Below, one piece after another: positions 23,873-32,417 of a stretch of DNA of 64,000 nucleotides. The number at the start of each line of letters is the position of its first letter. Position 1 is the stretch's first letter. This stretch comes from Longimicrobiales bacterium (lineage in GTDB: Bacteria; Gemmatimonadota; Gemmatimonadetes; Longimicrobiales; RSA9), in assembly GCA_035461245.1 (NCBI GenBank), contig DATHVP010000008.1, forward strand, positions 6,000 to 69,999. The letters run 5' to 3'. Under the pieces are notes generated by a model. That model saw nothing but the letters and a program-made list of their open reading frames with translations. It was not told where the DNA came from and did no database searches. The position numbers and the translations under genes are program-made.

Positions 23873-25032
23873 GGCGTCGCCTCGGCCGTGCTCCGGCCGC
23901 CATGAACGCCCACGCGGGCCGTCAGCACCCGGTGCAGCCAGCAGAGCCACACGCCGAACAGCACCATCGCCATGCCCTGGTGGATGACACCGAGGCTCAC
24001 CGGCACCAGCAGAAGCAGCGTGGCGATGCCCAGGGCGTACTGCACCGCCATCAGCACCGCAAGCGCACCGGCATACCGCCGGGATGCCGGGTCCGTCACC
24101 CCCTCGCGCACCAGCATGAACAGCCCCACCACTGCCACAGCCAGCAGCGTCCCCAGCACCCTGTGCACCCACTGCACCGATGCGGGGTTCGCAACAAAGT
24201 TGTAGAGCACGGGCTCCAGGTGTAACAGCTCCGGCGGCGTCAGCCGCCCGCCCATCAGCGGGAATGTCGGGTAGAACTTGCCCGCCCGCAGACCGGCAAC
24301 GAAGGCGCCCCATACCACCTGCGCCGCCAGCAGCACCCCCGTCACTGCCAGGCCCCGCAGCATCATGCGGCGGGCAGCTGCCGGGAACTGCGCGGCGCCG
24401 CGGGTCGCCAGGTCACGGGCCAGCCAGACGGCCCAGCCGAAGATCAGGAACGCCAGGCTCAGGTGCGCCGCCAGCCGGAAATGGCTCACGCTCGGTCGGT
24501 CCACCAGCCCGCTCTTCACCATGAGCCAGCCCATCACCCCCTGCGCAGCGCCCAGGCCGAACAGCAGCAGCGCGCGACGCAGCATCGGACTCGTGAACCA
24601 GCCCCGCACCCAGAACACGACGAACGGCACCAGGAACACCAGCCCGATGCCACGCGCCAGCAGGCGATGGAAGTATTCCCAGAAGAAGATGAACTTGAAC
24701 TCCGACAGCGTCATGCCCTGACGCCACGTCTGGTACTCCGGGAACTGCCGGTACAGCTCAAACGTCGCCTGCCACTGCGCATCCGTCAGTGGCGGGATCA
24801 CGCCCATCAGCGGCTGCCAGTCTACTATGGAGAGCCCCGACAGCGTCAGCCGCGTTATGCCACCCACGATCAGCACCGCGAACGTCATGGCCGCAACGCT
24901 CCACAGCCACACCCGCATCGGCCGCCGCCGCGACTCCGGGATCGCCTCCGTCCAGTGTCCCGCCGACGCCACCGGTCCCGCTTCCGCCACCAGCGGCATC
25001 ACTGCTGCCTGCCCCATGTTCATCCGCTCCAT
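23869..25032 (-). CDS. ctaA: haem A synthase (COX15/CtaA family)
   Basis: COX15-type motifs are present (VGGITRLTLSGLSIVDWQPLMGVIPP, EFKFIFFWEYFHRLLAR, HRVLGTLL, VIHQGMAM). There are about 8 TM helices. Confidence 0.85.
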   Translation of the reverse strand: MERMNMGQAAVMPLVAEAGPVASAGHWTEAIPESRRRPMRVWLWSVAAMTFAVLIVGGITRLTLSGLSIVDWQPLMGVIPPLTDAQWQATFELYRQFPEYQTWRQGMTLSEFKFIFFWEYFHRLLARGIGLVFLVPFVVFWVRGWFTSPMLRRALLLFGLGAAQGVMGWLMVKSGLVDRPSVSHFRLAAHLSLAFLIFGWAVWLARDLATRGAAQFPAAARRMMLRGLAVTGVLLAAQVVWGAFVAGLRAGKFYPTFPLMGGRLTPPELLHLEPVLYNFVANPASVQWVHRVLGTLLAVAVVGLFMLVREGVTDPASRRYAGALAVLMAVQYALGIATLLLLVPVSLGVIHQGMAMVLFGVWLCWLHRVLTARVGVHGGRSTAEATP

Positions 25033-25177
25033 CCCTCGTGCCTGCCCCCGTCGCCCGCCGCCGCGTACGACGAAAATCGCACATCAAGGTATGAAATACT
25101 CGCCGCCGCGCTGTCGGAGGTTGTCAGACAGATGTGTGGGGGATTTCCCCGCAGCGAACAGCGGTGACGGCGGCGGA

Positions 25178-25687
25178 TCATGGGCGGTACGGCGTCCGGG
25201 CGTGGAGGCGACCGGCATCGGCGTCAAGCGTCACGAGGCCGACGTCGCCGGGGCCGAGGAGCAGGGTGGTATCCAGTGCGGCGAGGATGGTGGAGCCATT
25301 GGCCGCGGCCCGTATGAGCTGGAGCTGGATGCTGTGCCGACCGGGCTCGAGGTTCCTTTCCTCGAGGACAATGAGGGGGCGATCGCCCTTGAAGCCGCCG
25401 CGCACCAGGTGCAGGGTGTCCGCGACGCTCCCATCCACGGCCAGTACGATCATGAAGTCGGACTCGTCCCGGGTGCACACCTCCGGCGACCGCATGTGGA
25501 CGGGCAGGCTCTCGAGTTCCTCCTGGCTCCGTGGCCGGCAGTCCTCGGTGGCGGGCACAGTCATGCGCCATGAGAACCGGAGCGCGGCGTCGTCAGCGCC
25601 GGGTGCCGAGTAGCCGGGTGCGCGGGCCAGCCCGGCGATGGGCAGGGTGAGCAGTGCGGCGGAAAGGAACACACGCACGCGCTTCAT
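25178..25687 (-). CDS. hypothetical secreted protein
   Basis: The signal peptide reads MKRVRVFLSAALLTLPIAGLARA. ATG 25687 overlaps the upstream stop (ATGA). No family was recognised. Confidence 0.45.
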   Translation of the reverse strand: MKRVRVFLSAALLTLPIAGLARAPGYSAPGADDAALRFSWRMTVPATEDCRPRSQEELESLPVHMRSPEVCTRDESDFMIVLAVDGSVADTLHLVRGGFKGDRPLIVLEERNLEPGRHSIQLQLIRAAANGSTILAALDTTLLLGPGDVGLVTLDADAGRLHARTPYRP

Positions 25688-27288
25688 GAGACCTCCGCGG
25701 GTTCGTCGTTCTGTCTGGCCTGGCAGAGCGCGATGATGTTCACGTCCTCCTCATCGTCCCCCGGCAGCGCGTTGATCTGGTCCCGGAACGCCGTGACAGC
25801 CGCATGCAATTCCACCCCCTCGCCGATATTGGCCTGGACGAGCCGCAGACGGTTCCGGTCAACCCGGTCCTTCAGGTCCGCCATGCGGCCGTGGAAGAGT
25901 CGGGCATCCGCCCAGGTCACGCCCTCACGGGTGCGCCCGTCATGCTCCGGGCAGCCGACGACGAGGACACCGCCTGCGCCACCGCGAATGAGTGTTTCCA
26001 CGGTGGACGAGTGCAGGGATCCCACGCACGGCACGCTGAAGAGCCTGGCTCCGGAGCGAGCGGCTTCGCCGGCCGCGGCGCTCCACGAACAGCCGACGAT
26101 GACGACGTCGTCCTCCGCCGGTTTCTCGGTGGCGAGGAAGGCGCGGACATCGGCCAGCTGGTCCCGGCCACTGAAGCCGAGGGCGCTGATGGCCATCGGC
26201 GGGCATGAGCCGACGCAAATCCCGCAGCTCGTGCACAGGTCCGTCTTCACCCGGGCGACGAACTCGCTCCGCCGGCCATCGTCCTGCCGGCTCACCATCT
26301 CGATGGCGTCGTACGGACAGTCGTGGACACACTGCTCGCAGCCCGTGCACGTTCGCTCATCCACCACCGCGGGCGCCGGCAGCGCCACCGTCCTCGGCCG
26401 GGTCAGCCACGGCACGGCGACGAGCGCCCCGGCGATTGCCACGCCCAGGAACCACACCACGCCCGCGGGCATGCGCTGCGTTATGGGCACCCAGAAACCA
26501 AAGAACCAGTCCAGCGGCACGTCCGATGGCACGCGCAGGAGGTCCGCCGGCGCCGCCATTGGCAGCGGCCACACCACAGCCGCCACCGTCAGCGCCGCGA
26601 TGGATCCCCACAGCACCGGCCGGGAAGGGAGCAGCACCGGCCGGGCCACCCGCGCCACATGCACCCACAGCAGCAGCGCGATGCTGAGGGGCAGCGCAAT
26701 GTGCGCAAACAGGTTGACGAAGAAGAAGGCGTGGGGCGGCTCGGCGTCGCCGGAAAAAGACCGGCTCAGCGGCTCCGTGAACAGCGGCAGCGCGTCCAGC
26801 AGCCGTGCCCCCTCCGCGGCCAGCAGCTGCGCATGCGTGTCCCACACCAGGACGTAGCCCGTCCAGCCCGTCACCAGGATCACCCCCACCAGCACCAGCC
26901 CGCTCACCCACGCCAGTGCCCGGGGGCCCCACGTGCGACGCTGCACGTACATGCGCACGGCGTGTACGCCAGCGGCCACCAGCGCCGCATCCGACGCGAA
27001 CCTGTGCAGCGCGCGGATCCAGCGCCCCGCCAGCGCCTGCTCGTTCAGCCTTGCCACCGACGTGTAGGGCGCGCCCAGGCGGTAGAACAGCAGCAGGTAT
27101 ACGCCCGTCACCAGCAGAACTCCCAGCAGGCCCACCGTGATGGCGCCGCTGTGATACAACGGATTGTGTCGCGATGTATGGATCCGGTTCGCCAGCGCGT
27201 CCACTCGCGCCAGCCAGCGGTAGCCCCGTCGTGGCTCCATGCCGCCCCAATGGTTATGCGTTCCCCACACGCGTGCACACTCATGCAC
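25684..27288 (-). CDS. fusion protein: dihaem cytochrome b (N-terminal domain) + 2x[4Fe-4S] ferredoxin + MvhD/FlpD-like domain
   Basis: Two His pairs are spaced 14 apart in TM helices (ALHRFASDAALVAAGVH; AHIALPLSIALLLWVH), as in cytochrome b. Ferredoxin motifs CTGCEQCVHDCP and CTSCGICVGSCP follow. The C-terminal region VVIVGCSWSAAAG...FSVPCVGSLHSS...VLVVGCPEHD is typical of the hydrogenase delta-subunit family. An alternative start is ATG 27240. Confidence 0.8.
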   Translation of the reverse strand: MHECARVWGTHNHWGGMEPRRGYRWLARVDALANRIHTSRHNPLYHSGAITVGLLGVLLVTGVYLLLFYRLGAPYTSVARLNEQALAGRWIRALHRFASDAALVAAGVHAVRMYVQRRTWGPRALAWVSGLVLVGVILVTGWTGYVLVWDTHAQLLAAEGARLLDALPLFTEPLSRSFSGDAEPPHAFFFVNLFAHIALPLSIALLLWVHVARVARPVLLPSRPVLWGSIAALTVAAVVWPLPMAAPADLLRVPSDVPLDWFFGFWVPITQRMPAGVVWFLGVAIAGALVAVPWLTRPRTVALPAPAVVDERTCTGCEQCVHDCPYDAIEMVSRQDDGRRSEFVARVKTDLCTSCGICVGSCPPMAISALGFSGRDQLADVRAFLATEKPAEDDVVIVGCSWSAAAGEAARSGARLFSVPCVGSLHSSTVETLIRGGAGGVLVVGCPEHDGRTREGVTWADARLFHGRMADLKDRVDRNRLRLVQANIGEGVELHAAVTAFRDQINALPGDDEEDVNIIALCQARQNDEPAEVS

Positions 27289-27405
27289 ACGACAGTGGTG
27301 TCGGGCTCACCCCTACATCACGTAGGGGAACCTCCCTATGGCGCACCACCGTCCGCCGGTATTATATCATATTCGCATGAGAAACTCAAATGGACGGCAG
27401 GGACC

Positions 27406-27915
27406 ATGCTGAATCAGTCGGCAGACCACGCGTTGAGGGCCGTGCTGTTCGTGGCACGGCAGGCGGAGGACGTGCCATGCAGTGCCGACCTCATCGCGTC
27501 GACGCTGGACGTGCCGCGCAACTATCTGGGCAAGCTGTTGAACACGCTGGCGCAGACGGGCGTGCTGCTGTCCACGCGGGGGCCGCGGGGCGGCTTCCGG
27601 CTGGCGATGGACCCGGCGTCACTGCCGCTGGCGCGGATCGTTGAGCCGTTTCACCGGCTGCCGGAGCGACGCACGTGCCTGCTGGGCAACGGGGCGTGTG
27701 ATCCGGACAACCCGTGTGAGTCGCACGACCGGTGGCAGGCGATGACGGACCATCTCACGCAGTTCTTCGAGCGGACGACGGTGGCGACGATGCTGAGCGG
27801 CCACGGCGACGACGACGGCACCACCGTCATCATGCATCGGACCCGGCCGGCGCGGGACGTTGGCGCCACATCGCCGACATCCGGCCAGGGGTCGTACCGG
27901 CGTACGGGGACATAG
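27406..27915 (+). CDS. Rrf2-family transcriptional regulator (second NsrR/IscR-like paralogue)
   Basis: The wHTH core reads MLNQSADHALRAVLFVARQ...LDVPRNYLGKLLNTLAQTGVLLSTRGPRGGFRL. The cluster pattern is CLLGNGACDPDNPC (C-x6-C-x5-C). The start was moved from 26323 to ATG 27406, after an AT-rich intergenic island. Confidence 0.85.
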   Translation: MLNQSADHALRAVLFVARQAEDVPCSADLIASTLDVPRNYLGKLLNTLAQTGVLLSTRGPRGGFRLAMDPASLPLARIVEPFHRLPERRTCLLGNGACDPDNPCESHDRWQAMTDHLTQFFERTTVATMLSGHGDDDGTTVIMHRTRPARDVGATSPTSGQGSYRRTGT

Positions 27916-27947
27916 CAGGGATCCACCTATCAACTGGGGAGAGGACA

Positions 27948-28124
27948 ATGGCGAAGCTGCCGGGAAGCGACCACACGACGACGCCGGACGAGATACCGCT
28001 GGGCCAGCGGCTGTATGACAACTGGCTGCTGCTGATGATAGCCGGCATCGTCATCATGGCGGTGATCTACACGGGGTGGGGCATGTGGGAAATCGCGAAT
28101 CTTCCGACCTCGACACTGCCATGA
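27948..28124 (+). CDS. small single-TM protein, possible oxidase subunit IIa-like
   Basis: The protein is 58 aa with one TM helix (WLLLMIAGIVIMAVIYTGWGMW). A GGGGAGAGGA RBS is present. Its stop overlaps the subunit II start (ATGA). Confidence 0.45.
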   Translation: MAKLPGSDHTTTPDEIPLGQRLYDNWLLLMIAGIVIMAVIYTGWGMWEIANLPTSTLP

Positions 28125-28735
28125 GTGAACACGGGAAGCAGGACAACGGGGAGACGATGCACACGGGCATGGTCGCGCCGAAGGGGCGCTGGTGGGTGCC
28201 TGCGCACAAGTCGGAGAAGGTATGGTTCGCCATTGCCTTCGCCTGGTGCATGGTACTGTTCGCCATGATGCCGCTGTGGCACTGGAAGGGCGGCCAGAAC
28301 CCGACGGGCATCCGGGCGAAGGTGGACCCGGTGGAGTTCCGGGCGCGGGTGGACCAGTTCGTGGACGACTACCAGGTGGACGTGCTGAACGGGTTCCCGG
28401 TGGTGGAGCCTCCGCCGGGAAGTGACATCTACCTGATGGGGCGGATGTGGAGCTGGTATCCGGTGCTGAAGCTGCGCAAGGGCGTGGAGTACACGCTGCA
28501 CCTGTCGTCCATCGACGTGAACCACGGCTTCTCCCTGTACCCGGTGAACATCAATTTCCAGGTCGTTCCGGGCTACAACTACGGGCTGAAGATCGTGCCC
28601 ACGGAGGCGGGCGAGTTCGGCATCATCTGCAATGAGTTCTGCGGCATCGGGCATCACATGATGCTGGGCCGGGTGATCGTAACGAATGAGGACGGGTCCA
28701 TGCCCGGCACAACGACAGTCGCGGAGGTGCACTGA
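28121..28735 (+). CDS. haem-copper oxidase subunit II, CuA-type (B-family-like, no cytochrome c domain)
   Basis: There is one TM helix and a cupredoxin domain. The CuA ligands are VNHGFSL and CNEFCGIGHHMM (H...C-x-E-x-C-G-x2-H-x2-M). Confidence 0.9.
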   Translation: MSEHGKQDNGETMHTGMVAPKGRWWVPAHKSEKVWFAIAFAWCMVLFAMMPLWHWKGGQNPTGIRAKVDPVEFRARVDQFVDDYQVDVLNGFPVVEPPPGSDIYLMGRMWSWYPVLKLRKGVEYTLHLSSIDVNHGFSLYPVNINFQVVPGYNYGLKIVPTEAGEFGIICNEFCGIGHHMMLGRVIVTNEDGSMPGTTTVAEVH

Positions 28736-30495
28736 TGACGACGACGGTAGCCGACCGGCCGCACGGACGTGCGCCATTGAAGGAATGGGCGTTCCGGACC
28801 TGCGGCGTGACCGGGCTGAAGCTCGACCGGCAGGGCGAACTGCTCATCAAGGCGCATGCGGTGGTGGCCACGGTCATGCTGCTCATCGGCGGCATCAGCG
28901 CGCTGCTGATCCTGCTGACGCGCTGGCAGACGGTGCACCTGCTGGACCCCGTGATGTTCTACCGCGTGCTCACGGCGCACGGCCTCACGATGCTCGTCTT
29001 CTTCATCATCTTCTTCGAGATGGCGGTCCTCTACTTCGCCGCGGGGCCGATGCTGAACAGCCGCATCGCCGCGCCGAAGTTGGGGTGGTTCAACTTCGCG
29101 CTGATGCTGACGGGCGCGACGCTGGCGGAGGTCATGATCTGGACGGGCAAGGCCGACGTCCTCATGACGTCGTACATCCCTCTGCGGGCGGATCCGCTGT
29201 ACTACCTGGGCATCATACTGTTTGCGGTAGGTGCACTGCTGGTCTGCTTCCAGTTCTTTGCCACGCTGGTCGTGGCGAAGCGGGAGCGCACCTACGAGGG
29301 CTCGCTGCCGCTCATCACCTACGGCGCGGTTACGGCGGCCATTATCGCCGTCATCACGCTGCTGCACGGCGCCGCGACCTACATTCCCACGTTCCTCTGG
29401 TCAATCGGCCTGATTGATGTGGACCCGCAGCTCTACCGGATGCTGTGGTGGGCACTCGGACACTCGTCGCAGCAGATCAACGTGGCCGCGATGGTGGCCA
29501 TCTGGTACCTGCTGGGCGCGCTGACGGTTGGTGCGGTGGTGCTGAACGAGAAGATCAGCCGCACGGCGTTCGTGCTGTACATCCTGTTCATCTCCATGGC
29601 CTCGGCGCACCACCTGCTGGTGGACCCGGGCTTCAGCTCTGCCTGGAAGGTGGTGAACACCAGCTACTTCATGTACATGGCGGTGCTGGCCAGCATGCTC
29701 CACGGCTTCACGGTGCCGGCGGGCGTGGAGGTGGGGCAGCGGCTGCGTGGCGTATCCCAGGGCCTGTTCGGCTGGGTGAAGAAGGCGCCCTGGGGCGATC
29801 CCGGCTTCAGCTCCCTGGTGCTCTCGGTGGTCGTGTTCGGCTTCGTCGGTGGCATCACGGGAGTCACCATCGGGACCGAGCAGATCAACATCGTCGCCCA
29901 CAACACCCTGCGCGTGCCAGGCCACTTCCACGCAACGGTGGTGAGCGGTACGACCATGGCCTTCATGGGGCTGACGTACTACCTGATCCCGCTCATCTTC
30001 CGCAGGAAGGTCGCATTCTGGCGGGCGGCACAGTTGCAGCCGTACCTGTTCGCCGGCGGCATGCTGGTGTTCTCCATCTTCATGTCATTCTCCGGCGGGT
30101 TCGGCGTGCCGCGGCGGACGTGGGACATCACGTTCAGCGGCGCGCCCTTCGAGATGGCGTTCCACCCGGTGGTGGACGGCCTGATGGCCATCATGGCGCT
30201 GGGCGGCATCGTCGCGGCCATCGGTGGCGGCCTCTACATCGTCATCACGGTGTGGTCTGTCTTCTTCGGTGAGAAGTTCACGGAGGCGGATCGTGTGCCA
30301 GGCGCGAAGGGCCTGCCCCAGGGGCTGACCCGTCCGCCGCGCCCGGTGACTGCCGCCGACGAGAAGAACCTGCCCACCGGCCGGCTCGGTCACGCGCCGG
30401 GCACCATGATCCTGGTGGCGGTGTTCCTGGCGGCCTTCGCCATCTACTACTTCGCCAACTGGAAGATCCTGTCCTTCGTCTGGAAGATCGGATAA
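28735..30495 (+). CDS. haem-copper oxidase superfamily subunit I, B-family-like, lacking the cross-link Tyr (probable NO reductase, eNOR-type)
   Basis: All six metal-ligand His are present: LTAHGLTML, WWALGHSSQQ, SAHHLL, PGHFH. The Thermus ba3 GHPIVY motif (recalled from memory) reads GHSSQQ here. There are about 13 TM helices. The start overlaps the subunit II stop (TGATG). Confidence 0.85.
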   Translation: MTTTVADRPHGRAPLKEWAFRTCGVTGLKLDRQGELLIKAHAVVATVMLLIGGISALLILLTRWQTVHLLDPVMFYRVLTAHGLTMLVFFIIFFEMAVLYFAAGPMLNSRIAAPKLGWFNFALMLTGATLAEVMIWTGKADVLMTSYIPLRADPLYYLGIILFAVGALLVCFQFFATLVVAKRERTYEGSLPLITYGAVTAAIIAVITLLHGAATYIPTFLWSIGLIDVDPQLYRMLWWALGHSSQQINVAAMVAIWYLLGALTVGAVVLNEKISRTAFVLYILFISMASAHHLLVDPGFSSAWKVVNTSYFMYMAVLASMLHGFTVPAGVEVGQRLRGVSQGLFGWVKKAPWGDPGFSSLVLSVVVFGFVGGITGVTIGTEQINIVAHNTLRVPGHFHATVVSGTTMAFMGLTYYLIPLIFRRKVAFWRAAQLQPYLFAGGMLVFSIFMSFSGGFGVPRRTWDITFSGAPFEMAFHPVVDGLMAIMALGGIVAAIGGGLYIVITVWSVFFGEKFTEADRVPGAKGLPQGLTRPPRPVTAADEKNLPTGRLGHAPGTMILVAVFLAAFAIYYFANWKILSFVWKIG

Positions 30496-31415
30496 TGACG
30501 AGAAACGCAACGACTCCTCCCGGGCTCGACCGGGAGGAGTCACAGGCCATGGCAGGGCTCATCGTCCTGTTCCTGACGACTGCCGCATGGTGGGCCCTCG
30601 CCCTCTGGCCGGTGGACGGTGCACCGGCCTGGCTGGAGCGGACCCGCTACGTCTGCTTCGGTGTTGCGGAGAACGGACTGCCCGATACCGGCGGCTGGAT
30701 CGGGCTCATTGCAGGACCGCTGGGTATGTTCAGCATCCTGGCCGTGGGCTGGAACGGCGGCATGCGCAGCCTGCTGCGGCGGACCCGGAGTTCGCGGCCG
30801 GTGGCAGCAGCCCTTACGACGCTTGCACTGGGCACCATGGTGATGGTGACGGGCGCCACGGTGCGCGTCCAGCAGGCCATGGCCGCGCCGCCGTGGCTGC
30901 AGGAGGACAGCGGGCTCCCGCCGGAGACGTATCCCCGGCTGGATCGTGAGGCGCCGGGCCTCGTACTCACGGCGCAGGACGGCGCGCTCTTCGATATCGC
31001 GTCCCTCACGGGCAGGCCGGTGCTCGTCACCTTCGCGTACGCCCACTGCACCACCATCTGCCCGGTCATCGTCATGCACGCGTTGAAGGCGCAGGAGGCA
31101 CTGCGGGGCACGGTGCATGAGCCCGCCGTCGTCGTCGTCACGCTGGACCCGTGGCGGGATCCGCCGTCCCGCCTGGCGGGCATGGCCCGGAGCTGGGGCT
31201 TCCCTGCTGAGAATGCCTGGATCCTCAGCGGCGCCATTGACGAGGTGGAGGCTGCCCTCGATGCCTGGGACGTCCCCCGCAGTCGGGATGAACGCACGGG
31301 CGAGGTGACGCATCCGTCGCTGGTGTACGTGCTGGACCGGGACGGGTCCATGGCGTACGCCTCCACCGGCGGCATTGACGCCCTCGTATCGCTGGTGGAG
31401 CGGCTCGAGCCATGA
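30495..31415 (+). CDS. SCO1/SenC-family copper chaperone with an N-terminal polytopic membrane domain
   Basis: A thioredoxin-like domain carries FAYAHCTTICP (CxxxCP) and a distal His (EVTHPSLVYVLDRDG). Three to four hydrophobic helices precede it. Confidence 0.85.
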   Translation: MTRNATTPPGLDREESQAMAGLIVLFLTTAAWWALALWPVDGAPAWLERTRYVCFGVAENGLPDTGGWIGLIAGPLGMFSILAVGWNGGMRSLLRRTRSSRPVAAALTTLALGTMVMVTGATVRVQQAMAAPPWLQEDSGLPPETYPRLDREAPGLVLTAQDGALFDIASLTGRPVLVTFAYAHCTTICPVIVMHALKAQEALRGTVHEPAVVVVTLDPWRDPPSRLAGMARSWGFPAENAWILSGAIDEVEAALDAWDVPRSRDERTGEVTHPSLVYVLDRDGSMAYASTGGIDALVSLVERLEP

Positions 31416-32272
31416 GCGCCGCGGTGCGGGCCTACTTTGAACTGACGAAGCCGGGCATCACGCTCTTCATCGGCATCACCGCCGGTGCCGGGTTCATCAC
31501 CGCGCTCGGTGGCTGGGGCATGCCCGGGCTGCTCATGGTGACACTCCTTGCAACGATGCTCATGTCGGCGGGCGCGGCCACCCTGAACCAGGTCGTGGAA
31601 CAGCGGTGGGATGCCATGATGGCGCGTACGGCTTCACGGCCCATCCCCTCGGGTCTCGTCAGTGAGCGTTCCGCCCGGGTGTTCGGGTGGGCCCTGAGCG
31701 GCATCGGCCTGGTGCTGTCACTGGCGCTGCTGCCCTGGGCGACGGCGCTGTTCCTAGTGCTCTGTCACGTCAGCTACGTCTTCGCCTATACGCCGCTCAA
31801 GCGCCGCACGCCCCTGTGCACGCTGACTGGCGCCATACCCGGTGCACTGCCGGTGCTGGCCGGGTGGGCTGCCACTGGCCAGCCCATCGACGTTGTGGCC
31901 ATCGCCCTCACGGGCGTGCTGTTCATGTGGCAGATCCCCCATTTCCTGGCCATCGGCTGGATGGCACGGGACGATTACGCCAGCGCCGGTTGCCCGATGC
32001 TGGGCGTAGTGGAGTCTACCGGCCGGGCCAGTGCGCGCATTTCGCTGTTCTATGCGTCGGCCATGCTGGTCTGCGCCCTCGTCGTGGGCGTCATGTCCGA
32101 CGCCGGCGCCGTGTTCCTGGCGACGGCGCTGGCAACGGGCGGCGCGTACGTCCTTTTCGCCTGGCGTTTCGTACAGCGGCGCGACCGGGCTCCGGCCCGT
32201 CAGCTGTTCTTCAGTTCCCTCCTCGTCCTGCCCATCCTCCTGGGCGCTCTGATGCTGGACCTGGCAGTATGA
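31412..32272 (+). CDS. ctaB: protohaem IX farnesyltransferase (haem O synthase)
   Basis: The protein is a UbiA-family polytopic protein (YFELTKPGITLF, NQVVEQRWDAMMARTASRPIPSG, YTPLKRRT, WQIPHFLAI). ATG 31412 overlaps the upstream stop (ATGA). Confidence 0.9.
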   Translation: MSAAVRAYFELTKPGITLFIGITAGAGFITALGGWGMPGLLMVTLLATMLMSAGAATLNQVVEQRWDAMMARTASRPIPSGLVSERSARVFGWALSGIGLVLSLALLPWATALFLVLCHVSYVFAYTPLKRRTPLCTLTGAIPGALPVLAGWAATGQPIDVVAIALTGVLFMWQIPHFLAIGWMARDDYASAGCPMLGVVESTGRASARISLFYASAMLVCALVVGVMSDAGAVFLATALATGGAYVLFAWRFVQRRDRAPARQLFFSSLLVLPILLGALMLDLAV

Positions 32273-32417
32273 AGCACGTCGGCGATCGGACCTTCTCACC
32301 GGCCCCCTCCCGCCGGTAGTCTGATCGTCGGCGGGCTCGCCATGCCGCCGCACCGTTGCGGAGATGCGCGCGACCCGTAAGCTCAGGGATGGTTTCATCC
32401 CTACTGACTGACGATTC

